Positions 11,380 to 23,271 of a DNA stretch of 64,000 nucleotides are shown here, one piece after another. The notes beneath the pieces were generated by a model that was not told the DNA's origin, ran no database searches, and saw only the letters and a list, made by a program, of their open reading frames with translations. Every line of letters begins with the position of its first letter. Position 1 is the stretch's first letter. This DNA is from Pseudogymnoascus verrucosus (taxonomy: Eukaryota), in the NCBI GenBank assembly GCA_001662655.1, contig KV460246.1, one strand, 5' to 3'. The position numbers and the translations under genes were made by a program.

Positions 11380-12805
11380 TTACAATTCCATCACCCTATC
11401 ATCCTCAATTATAATAACTTCTGGGCCTTCTTTCCTCTCTACTCTTCCATTGCTAATGACTAGCCCACTCTTACTCTCTACATTCCACTCCCCTATCCTT
11501 GGATTATATTCGAGCAAATACACCATTTGGCCACTCTCATTCCCTACGAAATCACCAGCCACGTCTAGAATCAAACTCGGCTCTCCATAATGCCCCATAA
11601 ACTCTAGTTCCAACTTCAACTCAGCCTTCTCCATCTCTCCTCGAAAAGTGATAACGAATGGCTCAGTTCGCAGTACCCGCCTGTTGTGTTCCAACCTTAC
11701 ACTCTGCAGAAACGAAGCAGGTGTATCATCTATGTCGACACCACGAACCTTCAACTCTTGTCTGCTCTCCCCACATTTCAGCTCTACAACCATCCTCCTC
11801 CTCAAGACAAACTCCGGGATGTCGATACCAAGTTTCTCCATCACCTTAACCATGAAATCATCCGTCTTTGCCCTCACCCTTATCGCTCTATCCGCAATCC
11901 CATCCAATTCTGTACTCTGCAAATTACAAATTGCCAGCTTTCCTCTTCGCTTCCCCGACTTTCCCTTAACCTTACCTTCCCCATTTCTCTTTCCCGTAAC
12001 AGCAACTTCAGGTACCTCATTGGCTGGGCTGACCGTGAGCGATGAGCCAAGCACAAGGCAGAGATCTGCTTTCTGAGCTTCTTCGAAGGCGCGTTGTAAC
12101 GCGACAATGGGGAGGTTTTCGCCGAAGTTGATGATGCTGTCTAGCAAAACTCCGCTGCAGATTGCACATTTCCGACCGGTGCGATGGCCAAGCAGCGACG
12201 TCTGGTCCGGCGGTGCGGCGGCACGGAAGTCTCGAATGTATTCTTTTCCACAGGACCTGGAGGATTCACGGTTACTGTTGCCGTGGAGCTCGGATATGTT
12301 GTCCTATGACATCGATATCAGCAAATCGAACATGGCATTCTCCCATCTCCCTACTTGACAGGTGGTATAAACAGCAAAACTCACTGGCAAAATTCCACTC
12401 CTCCGGTGTAACCCATCGCAATTCTGACTGACAAGATACTTTAAAATACCCCTATTCTGCAATTCCACTAGCGCCATGTGTGTTTGCGTTGGCACAGCTT
12501 GCAATGTACTAACAGCTTTGTCTTTCGCTGATCGTTGTCTTCCTTGTGCTCGCAGAGTCCATTGGCCCTCAGAACCGCGAAAGTCTGGTATACCTATACG
12601 AGAAAGGTAAGTTAGTGCGCGGCCACAGATAAATAAATATTAGAAAGATAAGCGTACAAGCAGATGTGGACACTCCGGCTCCAGTGAATGCGATGAAGTG
12701 TTTGCTTTTCCGGATATGGTCAGCGAGGATTTGAGCTTTCTTCTCCACAACCTCCGCTGCTTCGCTGAGCTCTACTTCGGCAACCGCGGGGGCGGACAGA
12801 TCCAT
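11380..12805 (-). CDS. NAD-dependent deacylase, class IV (SIRT6/7-like) sirtuin (3 exons)
   Basis: Spliced motifs [60 protein letters not shown]. Confidence 0.9.
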
Positions 12806-13060
12806 GGCGTGTTGGGGCGCGATCAAGGACTCGAAGACAATAAGCAGGACGTGGCAGAAGTGGCAATAGATATGGAGTCTTGAGACTGGCTGCACGGCTC
12901 GATAGTGGTTTGTGTTGTATTGTCTGAATGAGAAGTCACCAGGTATATAGAGAGTTTGTTTAGGCAACAGGCACATGACAAGGGGAACTATGGTCGTCAC
13001 GACAACAGTTTCGTTAACATCGAACAATAACTAACGTATTTCACAAACGACCAGGACATA

Positions 13061-13156
13061 TGTTCCGGCCTAACCACCAACTATTCTAGTTAGCCAACTG
13101 GCCGGCCCAACCACTAACTTTTGGGTTGGTGGTTCGGCCGGCCCAACCACCAACCT
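13061..13156 (+). repeat. Left terminal inverted repeat
   Basis: Matches the reverse complement of 15192-15287 with 5 mismatches; contains repeated GGCCCAACCACCAAC sub-units. Confidence 0.92.
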
Positions 13157-13890
13157 ATACGTAGAATAGTAGAATAGTATATTAAATTGAATTAAATTAC
13201 CTACTCTACTCTAGCCCGCTTCCACTTTAGCCTCTTAACTAAAGCTATTTCTGTACGAGTAGTAAGACCTGATAAATTGCCACAGTCGTGGTCATCGTTA
13301 TGGCAGTGTACACTACACTACACTCCTTTGCTTCCTTATAACACCTACACCTCTTCGTACTACACAGCCCTTTGCACTGACAGGATATTCCAACCTAAGC
13401 ACTTGTAGAAGCCTCTCTAGCTGCAAGCCCTAGGCCTACTTCCTTAGTAGAAGTAGGAATTACTATATCACCCCGTAGAGCTCACTCTACAACTCCAAGT
13501 GATTTAGTAGGAATAAGGCGTTATATAATACCAGAAGCTGTAAGAATCCGATACCTATGAGGGTAAGGCTCTTCTAGAATTCTTGCAAATAGCCTCTTAT
13601 TATCAGTTGAGGTTCTATCCTCTCGAGGAACCTTTATAGAGACTATTGCTCCTATATTAAAGTGCTGAATATCATGCTTCTTTGTATACTTCTGCACCAT
13701 AGAAATCCTTGCTCGTTGAGTAGCTACTATAGCTCTCTCAATCACAGGATCTAGTGTAAGCCGAAGCTCAGTTCTAAGCTGAGCTAGAACTCGAGCCTAG
13801 GTCCTACGCCGAAGCTCAATTCCAAGTTCTAGCTTAGAGTGTGAGCTCTCAATTGCGAGCTCAATTTCGAGTTCTGGCTCGGAGTAGGAG

Positions 13891-13973
13891 NNNNNNNNNN
13901 NNNNNNNNNNNNNNNNNNNNNNNNNNNNNNNNNNNNNNNNNNNNNNNNNNNNNNNNNNNNNNNNNNNNNNNNN
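13891..13973. other. Assembly gap (83 N) inside a tandem-repeat (ELELG-like) segment of the transposon ORF
   Basis: N run; both flanks carry near-identical GAGTTCTRGCTCRGAGTAGGAG sequence. Confidence 0.95.
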
Positions 13974-15191
13974 ATTCCGAGTTCTAGCTCAGAGTAGGAG
14001 CTCCTAATTCTAAGTTCAATTGAGAGCTCTGGCGCCTGGCGGAGCTGTGGGTGAATTAGAGCTTCGGGCTCAAGATCACTCTTAAATATCAGGCCCATGG
14101 TTGGGTCTTCCTGCTCAATTCCAATTGACAGATCCTTCTAGGCCTAACTGTTGAACCAGTCAATGTGTAAGCTCCGCTCTCGGAATAGAAGCTCAGCTGG
14201 CGCACACCCAGTTGTAGAGTGGATTTGGGTGTTCATAGCAAGCACTACTTCAAGTAGCCCATTCTTCCATTCTATAGACCCATGATCCATTTTCCATGCC
14301 TAGAGCTTATTCTAAACTACTCCATTTGCCTGCTCAACTAGGCCTTGCGTTTGTAGTGATCATAGTGCTCTATTTACCACCTAAATTCCATACTTCCGTA
14401 GTAGAATAAGGAGAGCCCCTTTAAATTCCTTCCCATTATCAGCTTACATAATCTTAGGAGGTAAGAAAGCTGTAATGAATTAAGTAAAGCAGTCTAAAAT
14501 TAGCTCTACGTGCTTGCTTTTTAATGGGTAAAGCTATGTATACTTTAAGAAGTGATCCTTTATATATAGAATCCATTTATACTACCTTAACGGCTCGTGG
14601 TACATGTTAATTAGGTTGATTTAAACCCTCTCCTACACCTGTCTACTTATAATAGGGACTAATGGAGCTTTTGTAGTATTTAGTCGGTTTAAGGTGTAAT
14701 TCTTAGACTGTTTAAGTATAAACTCTACATCCTCTCGCTTTATTCTATAGTACTATTACTCAATTATAGGCTATACCTTATTCTAGCCTATGTGTAGAAG
14801 CTTAAGGTGCTCTTCTATAATAACATTAAAGACCTCTGCTTTCTAAACCATATATCAAGCGTTTAAGTACCGTACGTTACTCTTTCTATAGAGCTTATTA
14901 TCTATAAGCTCAAAATTAGACTACGTACGATGCTTAAGAGCCTTTGCTTCTTTATGTGTTACTTTAAAAGCAGCTAGGTTCTGTAGTATTATGCATATAC
15001 GCTCCTATTTATCATATGAGAGCTGCTCACGATTGTAGTAAGTTGTACTACTTATATAGGCTTTAAAGGCAGTACGCACATCGTTCGGAAATGGATTAAT
15101 TGAAGTAATAGTAGCCATAATTGCGTATATAGGTGTATAATATGAAGCTTCAATACTCTATTCTACTATTCTAACTACCCCGCTCCTTGGC

Positions 15192-15287
15192 AGGTTGGCG
15201 GTTGGGCCGGCCGAACCACCAACCCAAAAGTTGGTGGTTGGGCCGGCCAGTTGGCCAACCAGAATAGTTGGTGGTTGGGCCGGAACA
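15192..15287 (-). repeat. Right terminal inverted repeat
   Basis: Inverted copy of 13061-13156, ending GGAACA and followed by CATA. Confidence 0.92.
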
Positions 15288-16262
15288 CATACAAGCGAGC
15301 AGGACACCCTGACCAAAACGCGTAGATGATTAAACCAGAAAGGAAAGGTCTTGGATTTATGAAAAAGCTAGCTGCTATCGCTTTTGCGCCAAGACCACGA
15401 CCAAAAACATCCGTAGTTGTCAGCCTTCCGCCTTCCCTGCTCCCGCTCTGAGACCATCGCGGCTTTTACCTGCCTGCCTCAAGACCAACACTTCTCCACT
15501 TGTGGCGGCGACTATTGAAGCGGCCTAAGGGCGCTTAAAAAAGCAGAACAATTGATTGATTTATGAAATCTGCCTCGGGTGTTCCAAATGGCCGCATCCT
15601 GTGTGCCGCCGCCTGGAGGGTTCCCGGGGTTCCTACCGCCACACAGGGTTGGGGGTTTCCGCCGCCGCAGGGGGTTGTTAGGGGCCGCCAGACCACCAAC
15701 AGAGGGGAGGACGAGAGGGATGCGAGGTTGCAGGGACGGAATGGTTTTAGTGACCAGAGATAGGGTTGTAGATTAGGTAGGGGAAATGGCGTTTTTATGC
15801 TGCTGCTAGGATGGAGTTGGGGTGCGGGGTTTTAGTTTTTTGCGAAAGGTGAGGGGGTTTTAAGGGAGGGTAGCAGAGAGGGGCTGATGTTATACTTGTA
15901 CGAGATGCGGATACAGATGGTGCTAGGCTAAACAGGAAATAGGATTGTAGTAGGCGTAGGCACTCGCTCCATGCCTTCTTAAGATTCCGAGTAATGAATG
16001 GGAATGAATGGCACTTTCATAACGAATCCATATTGTTACACTGATTTCGTTATCCTGCTCCGAATCTCTGTTATGGCCGTCGAAAAACACCCAATGAGCA
16101 TTGACTATCCCGAAACGTGATACCCTACCAACTTTTAACGATGATCATAAGAGTCGGATAGAAACCTGTACCTAGGCCCTTTGGCTTTTTGGATAGCTTA
16201 CAGTATCTCATTATAGCAATGCCATAATTACTATCCTGTATTGTTATCGGTTACGGGACAAG

Positions 16263-18566
16263 ATGTCCAAACACTCCTTTCACGATGCCCATGGAGAGAT
16301 GGCCAATTATTCTGCCTCCCGCCCACAAGAGGCATCTCTCTCGCCCTCTCTTACACGCATTTCTGCCCCACCTCTAATGGCAGGCGGAGTTGAGACGTTT
16401 CGTCGCACATTTGGAGATTCGAAGCCACCTGATATATCCCGTAAGGTCTCTGCATGTGCGGCGTGCCGGAAACAGAAGGTAAGCAAAAGGCCGAAAAACT
16501 CGCAGAGCGTACTCGAGGAGGAACAAAGACACGTGACCTCGCACGAACACGAAAACAGATGAGATGCTGATTGAAACAATAGATAAAATGTCACATGAGA
16601 AATTCTGAGCCTCCGTGTATAAGATGCCGGAAGCGTGGCTTGCCGTGTACAATTAATAGGAGTTTACAGATGTTGTTGGAGAGCGATGAGGTGTAAGCTA
16701 CTCTTTTACGCCCTCAATTCCATTATTAAGATGCTTCTTTCTTTTCTGCCCAAAATGGATAATAATAGGAGCTGATATTGCTAATTAGTTGGAAAGATCG
16801 ACTTGGCTTGAAGATGCAGAGAATGGAAGCAGCAATGAAGATGCTAGCTGAGAAACTCGCCATGCCTGAGCTTCTTCTATTTGTTGAAGATGAAAATGGA
16901 GATCTAATAGATCAAGAAACTACTGGCGATGACAGAGGAGGAATTAGTGCACCAATCAATTTCGTCAATATTGGGAACAAGTCGAAGAATGGGCTAGCTG
17001 CTAAATCCCCAGATATCACTCCAGCATCAGTACCAGCTTCATGCTTGCCGGAAATTACGGAACGATCTTCTACAGGTATCCTCACCGCAGATACTGGGAC
17101 AGAAATGGACTTGGTTACTCGTGGTATAGTTTCGATTCGAGAAGCTGACGATCTCTTCAACATGTACCACGATCAACTAGATCACTACGTATATCGGATT
17201 ATTCCTAACCACAGCACTCTTGCGAGCGTGAGGAAGGGATCGCCTCTATTGACAGCTGCGATATGCACTGTCAGTTCATTACATCATCGTCCATTGCGCC
17301 CGCTCTTTAATTGTTGTTATAAAGAATTCGTTCGTTTGTGTGCTATAAATGCGTTCTCAAGAAAGAATACGTTGGACGATATACGAGCTCTTTGCATTGG
17401 CGCGTTTTGGCTTGATGAAGTATCGTGGATTCTTGTTGGGATGGGTGAGTTTACCGCCATTACAATACCTAATGAAGCTTTCTAATGATTTTACAGCCGT
17501 GCGAATTGCAGCAGAGAAGCAACTCCACCGTGCATTCATGCATATTACAGAAAATGATCCCACCTACTACCTCCAAGCCCGCCTTTACTATCTCGTATAT
17601 GTCTGCGACCACCACTTCTCGATCCCTTATGGCCGTACTCCCATGACAGGAGAATACGAAGCTATTCACTCTACCTCAAGCCTCCTTGGTTTCGCAGATG
17701 CTACCGAAGACGACGCAAGACTCATTAGTCAAGTAGATTTATGGTCGACTGCGAGCCGCATCTTCTTGACCTTTGGCACTAACATCTCTCTACCTATTCC
17801 AACGAACACGATAAGTCAGCTCCGGCGATTCAATATCACCCTTGATACCTGGCGTGCGGATTGGAATGAGAGATTTGTGCATAATAATCATGTCGGAAAC
17901 TATCCGCGTAAAGGCGTAGGACTCCATTACCATTTCTTAAAATTGTATCTTTGCTCACATGCCTTCCGTGGCGTGCGGAAAGCACCCAACACACTCCAAG
18001 CACTATCTCCGGAGCTGAGGGAGATTGCCGAAATGGCTGTAGCATCGGCAACGTATATTCTACGGACAGTCAATGCTGACGTGGAGTGGCAAGGCTACCT
18101 AAACGGGCTGCCACTATATTTCGATACAATGATCGCCTTCGCAGCCGTATTTCTTATCAAGACGGCAACTGAGTACAGCGGTACTGTAAAGGTTGATACT
18201 GCGGAGTTGCTAGCTTTGGTAGAGGAAAACATGCTTGTTTTGCAAGAAGTCGGTAGGGGAATGTCAGAGAACCATCTTGTAGCAAGGATCGGCGAGGCTA
18301 TTAAATTGCTGATTGAGCGCCTTAAAACGGCCGGAGAAATGTCTCTGGGCGAGGACAAAGCACCTGATGGCGGGGTAGGAGATACTGCGGTGCAAGCGCT
18401 TTATATGCAGGATTGTGCAATGGCCGATGAGTTTGACTGGGTAAATGGCACATTTACTGGTTCGGCACTGCAGGGTTACGATTTATTATCACCGCACAAC
18501 ATGCCCTCTGGATTTGAAGACTGGACATTTGGGGTTGGAGACCAAGGAAGTGGAGTTCCCAGATAG
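16263..18566 (+). CDS. Zn(II)2Cys6 transcription factor (4 exons), candidate regulator of the phosphonate cluster
   Basis: CAACRKQK|IKCHMRNSEPPCIRCRKRGLPC is split by intron 16479..16582. Fungal TF domain follows (RLYYLVYVCDHHFSIPYGR, GNYPRKGVGLHYHF). Confidence 0.88.
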
Positions 18567-19162
18567 AAATAGCCAGATTTTATAAGTCTATAATGACGTT
18601 AATAAGAGCACATTTGGCTCCCTGTGTGGACTTCCGTGCACCCTTGACAAAGCACCATACAAATTTGAGTGCACAGGAAAGCTGCACTATCAATTATTCT
18701 GTAGTTAAGCCTAGTGAAATCCACAAACACCCTTTCCTCTGCGGCTAATCGCCGTTACAACTGTTCTTCTTCCTCCCCTCTCCTACGTTTAGCGTCAAAG
18801 TAAATAATTACTCAGGGTAACTCCAACTTAAAAGATGTTAACTTACGTAGATTGCTTGTCTTGTTGTTTTTAAAGGCGTTAAGTTTGCGTTTATGAAGCT
18901 ACTGTCTTCGCGTACTTTGCTAGCTAAATACTACAGTCTATAAACGCTTTTATACAATTTCCCTTTGTAAAAGTTTGGGTTTGAATCATAGGTAAGTCCC
19001 CGAAAAAAGAAATAAAATTATAGTCTACATTAGAGTCTGCACCCTTATCAAGTGTATACAATCCCAAATATCAATAGCAATTTTGCAAAGTCCTCTGTGT
19101 GTTTCCCTCGATTCATTCATTGCCTTTTATCTTTCCAAATAACCCCGAAACACACGCAGCAC

Positions 19163-20179
19163 TTATACCATAACCTCACTCTCCTGAGCGACAGCATCTT
19201 GTTTTGAGAATGGTGCCGCAAAGCCATATCTCTTCCAGCCTACTTCATATTCCTCCCCGGCAACGCGCTCTTCGAGAAGTTAGCATCCTGGACTAGTGAC
19301 GTCAAAAGTTAAAGCGATTAAGATATGACTAACCATGATCCGGAGGGAAAACAACACGTCTGTCAATGTAGTACTTTTCTCTGAGATCTGGTCCATCTGC
19401 TGCAGAGTGATATGTTGCGTAGACCATAGTGCGCGACTCTGGGGTCCGGTTTGCAAAAGACCGATGAGCAAGGTGGGAGCCGAAGAAAACAATATCGCCT
19501 TTACGGATATATCAGTAAGACAAGTTAGGACTGGAAGACGGACAACGTCTATGTACCTGCTTCAAGTGGTACAAGTACCCACTCGTGACTGTTTTCCCAG
19601 TCTGGATGTATTCTCCCAGCGTGGATAAAATCAACCTTCATGCGGTGCGATCCTGGCACGACTTGTAAACATCCATTTTCTGGCGTTGCGGCGTTGACGG
19701 CGAGATTCGCCGTTGTATGCTCGATTTCTCCGATGTGGTCATAGGCTGGGGCATCGAGGTGGGCAAGGAATCCATTGCCAAAGCCGCTCTTGTAGTTAAT
19801 CTTGTCCTTGAAAAGAAGCATCTCCTAGGCTTGGAGTTAGCAAATTTAAATCTGGTTACTCTTGTATGTAGAAGTTATGACTTACGCCTCTAGTGAGCTG
19901 CGCAATAACACCCCTCAGATTCTCTCCACAGAGTAATGCCTTGAACTTAGGATGGTAATCCACGAAGTTCTCTGTGCGCATAAGTTGTCTCTCGCCATTT
20001 TCGTTTATCTCGTCATATGGCATCCATTTGCCTTTCTCTCGTGGCCAGCTTTGCACCTCTTTCGACCAAGCTTGGAGTTCTTCTCCGGTCACAAGATTGT
20101 GTTCTCCGGCGCGGATGAGCAGATAGCCATCGCTATTGTACTGAGCCACCTGCTCTGGAGAGACAACGTATTTGTGCAT
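19163..20179 (-). CDS. PhyH-family Fe(II)/2-oxoglutarate dioxygenase, PhnY*-like (4 exons)
   Basis: Spliced product has LFKDKINYK, GFLAHLD (HxD), ENGCLQVVPGSH and GDIVFFGSHLAHRS (distal His). Introns 19885..19825, 19556..19499 and a third near 19332..19273. Confidence 0.87.
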
Positions 20180-20909
20180 TGTAAAAATAGTCGCGACGAA
20201 TTGGTAACGTTACGAAAGGACGGGTAGATTGAAACGGGATAAGGGAAAGAATAGTGTTAAAGAATTGATGTAGAAAAGAAAGGAGATATCGCAGGCCAAA
20301 CCTTGGCTCTTTCTATAATTGCTTGGATACTCTAAAGGTTGTCCACATATCACGTGCATCTCGGACTTCTTTCCGACAAACGTGCGACTACAACTAGTTC
20401 AAGTAGTGCGGGGAACCTTATCTTATTCCCACCACTATCGAACGTCGATCTCAGACGTTCTCTTGGAAAAGGCACGTTGTTGAGTAAATCAATGGTTATA
20501 CGGGTGCACGGATGTGAATTCGCATTTTTAGTGTTGCGGTATAACCTAGACTTGCGGACCTTACAACGTGTATTTATAAGCATTAATCCTTGTTGTAAAC
20601 AGGCCCCCGGAGCCCCACGACCCCCGTAGTCCCCAGCTAGGCTCCCCACGACAACTCCATTAATAGCTGAGTCGCTAATACACGTGGCGTATCGACTTGT
20701 GGGTGGATGATGTTCGTGTTGACGCAGATGATGTGATAGAGCTGAATCTCGGTGGGAAGTCCGTCGTGGACTGAACCACCGACAAACGCTGATCCTATGT
20801 GCCTCAGGTAAGTAGAAGAAGGATACATATCGAATAACAACAAAAGAAACATACTTCTGCGACTTTCTTTCTCTCACATTCATCTTTTTGTCACTCAATC
20901 ATTACGAAT
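20180..20909. promoter_or_regulatory. Divergent promoter with Pho4/NUC-1-type E-boxes
   Basis: CACGTG at 20351 and 20681; CACGTT/AACGTG at about 20379, 20473 and 20565. Confidence 0.55.
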
Positions 20910-21588
20910 ATGCTAGTCGCAGCCCCAACGCCGGTCGAAGCTCGCGCTAACGAGATCATCACAACTCTCTTCACATTTATTGAAGATCAGGAAAAGACCG
21001 AATACCTAGGCGAAAGAGTGTCACAGCTGCAGCATTCGCTTCAAGCCGCACATCTGGCCCGCCAGTCCGATGCTGATAATGAAACAATTCTCGGAGCATT
21101 ACTACACGACGTCGGGCGATTTATCCCCACCCTTCACTCCCAGATGCCAAAAATGATCGCCCCAGATGGTGAATATGTGGGGCGCGCAAGCCATGAAATT
21201 TTTGGAGAGAGATATCTAAGGCAATTGGGTTTCAGTGATAAGATTTGCCAGTTGGTAGGCGCTCATGTGATGGCTAAGAGATATCTCACTGCTGTCAGAG
21301 AGGGGTATTATGAGAGCCTTAGTGAGACGAGTAAAAAGACTCTTAAGTTCCAGGTAAGTTTATTTACTCTTCTTCTCGTTGAAGAAGCACTAAGTTATAC
21401 AGGGTGGAATTTTCAACGACGCACAAGTTGCTGAAGCACGGAAAGATTCTCTGTTAGAAGAGAAATTGGCTGTGCGAGTTTGGGACGACCTGGCGAAAGA
21501 TCCAGATATGATTGTCGAGCCTATCTCATTTTATAAGGACATGGCTGTGCAGTCATTAATCAATAGTCTACAAAGCCCCGTCGCATAG
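20910..21588 (+). CDS. HD-domain diiron oxygenase, PhnZ-like (2 exons)
   Basis: EYLGERVSQLQHSLQAA, ALLHDVG, ASHE, GAHVMAKRYL, S..S..TL.FQ|GG, RVWDDLAK reproduce the PhnZ ligand pattern (YxxE, H, HD, H, H, D). Intron 21354..21402. Confidence 0.88.
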
Positions 21589-21975
21589 GGTTGTATAGTC
21601 AAAAAATTTAAATCAATCACTTTTATAAGTTCTTAAAACAAGTGTCGTTGATGGTTGTAATCAGCTGTTCTTGGCAGCCTTCTGTTAGCGGCCCCATATC
21701 GGCGCCCTGGTGCAATGTGAAAACGGGGCAGCCGTTGTAATCGAAGAACAGGCTGCCAAACTTTCTGCCAAACAGCTATCCAAAATGTTCGTATTTTCTG
21801 AGTCATGGGTTGAAACTCCACTCACTAGCTTCATGGTAATAGAGTAGAACTTTAGTCAGGAGGGGGTTGACAAGTGGTTCGGAAACTCACTTGTCCCGGT
21901 AGATGCCGCAAGCGCTGGCTAAATGTGTATATATATGTGTGTATGAGCTGCACTGCACTGCTGGCTGCAGACAAA

Positions 21976-23271
21976 ATGACTTCTCGTAGGTTGGAAATTG
22001 TTATCAATAGTGCAAATGCTGATTGTGTTTCAGACCTCTCGTCATATGTGACTGTTCACTCGAGAACATATGCTCTTCCAAAACAGCCAACCGTGGCCGT
22101 ATGCATCGATGGCTTCGATCCAGAATACCTAGCGCAAGGGATCGCTGATGGTATCCTTCCAAATCTGGCCTATTTCATTCACCACGGATTCCACACCACT
22201 GCAAAGAGTTGCATGCCTTCATTCACCAATCCCAACAATGTCTCTATTATTACTGGTGTCTCGGCCTCTATCCACGGCATAGCTGGAAATTTTTACCTCG
22301 ACCCAGTCAATCACGAAGAGAAGATGATAGCCGATGCAACTCTCCTCCGTGGCCCTACAATCCTCCAACAGTTGTCAAAGCGCGGCGTCAGGGTAGTAGC
22401 AATTACGGCGAAAGACAAGCTCCGCCGCATCCTCTCGCACGGTCTGGAGAATGCAATCTGTTTCTCTGCCGAATTCGCCGGCGAAGCTACTATCGAGACT
22501 AATGGCATCACTGGTGTTGAAGAATGGATCGGCAGAAAAGCACCACTGCAATATTCTGGCGATCTGTCACTGTACGTCCTAGATGCAGGTGTCAAATTCA
22601 TCGAAGAAGACCGTACCGATTTCATGTACCTCACGCTGTCGGATTTCATCCAGCATAAACACGCGCCTGGTGATAAAGATGCGAACGAGTTCATGTCTGC
22701 CCTAGACCAGCGCATTGGCAGGCTGGCACAGCTCGGCGCCATTGTTGCTGTCACCGGGGACCATGGCATGAGCGACAAGAGCCTCGAAGATGGGACACCA
22801 AACGTTTTATACCTGCAAGAGCGCCTGGAAGGGAGATTTGGCCGAGGCAGCGCACGAGTAATCTGTCCTATCACGGACCCTTTCGTACGACATCACGGCG
22901 CACTAGGCTCATTTGTGCGGGTGTACGCCAAATCTGCCTCTGATGTGTCTTCAATGCTGTCCTTTATTAAGTCCCTTTCTGGAGTTGCTCTTGCGCTTTC
23001 AGCGGCAGAGGCTGCTGAATCTTTAGAGTTACCACTTGATCGCGAAGGAGATATTGTAGTCGTGGCAGTGAAGAACGCCGTCATTGGATCGAAAAAGGAA
23101 GAACATGACCTATCAAATTTGGGAGAACACAGATTGCGCTCCCATGGTGGTTTATCGGAACAAGATGTGCCAATACTGATGTCCATACCATTGGGCAGCC
23201 AGCTAGCTGAAGGAAAAGCAACATGGAGAAATTTTGATATCTTTGATTTAGTTCTAAATTCGCAGACCTAA
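21976..23271 (+). CDS. phnA: Phosphonoacetate hydrolase (alkaline phosphatase/NPP superfamily)
   Basis: VCIDGFDPEY, MPSFTNPNN (catalytic Thr), DFIQHKH, TGDHGM, ITDPFVRHHGALG, RSHGG. ATG 21976 lies after a TATATA box; an in-frame 48-nt intron is likely at 21986..22033. Confidence 0.92.
   Translation: MTSRRLEIVINSANADCVSDLSSYVTVHSRTYALPKQPTVAVCIDGFDPEYLAQGIADGILPNLAYFIHHGFHTTAKSCMPSFTNPNNVSIITGVSASIHGIAGNFYLDPVNHEEKMIADATLLRGPTILQQLSKRGVRVVAITAKDKLRRILSHGLENAICFSAEFAGEATIETNGITGVEEWIGRKAPLQYSGDLSLYVLDAGVKFIEEDRTDFMYLTLSDFIQHKHAPGDKDANEFMSALDQRIGRLAQLGAIVAVTGDHGMSDKSLEDGTPNVLYLQERLEGRFGRGSARVICPITDPFVRHHGALGSFVRVYAKSASDVSSMLSFIKSLSGVALALSAAEAAESLELPLDREGDIVVVAVKNAVIGSKKEEHDLSNLGEHRLRSHGGLSEQDVPILMSIPLGSQLAEGKATWRNFDIFDLVLNSQT

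Larger units (their letters stand above)
13061..15287 (-). mobile_element. Ginger-like DDE integrase DNA transposon, RIP-inactivated
   Basis: TGT..ACA termini; 96-bp TIRs (13061-13156 and 15192-15287); CATA on both flanks (13057-13060, 15288-15291). Stop-riddled minus-strand ORF from ~15118 with integrase core (IDL, KDHF, ADNGKEF, QTQGLVEQAN) and a C-terminal CQCKGLCSTKRCRC..CSVHCH Cys-rich domain. Confidence 0.88.

Noticed and set aside
13760..14030. Short repeated units around the N gap resembling an array
   Set aside because: Degenerate coding tandem repeats inside the transposon ORF; no repeat-spacer structure and a eukaryotic context, so not CRISPR.
20350..20898. 182-aa minus-strand ORF between the dioxygenase and HD genes
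   Set aside because: No recognisable motifs; it occupies the divergent promoter and is likely spurious.
21874..21975. Longer N-terminus for PhnA in the ORF track
   Set aside because: It starts at a non-ATG codon and spans the TATA box; ATG 21976 with a small intron fits better.
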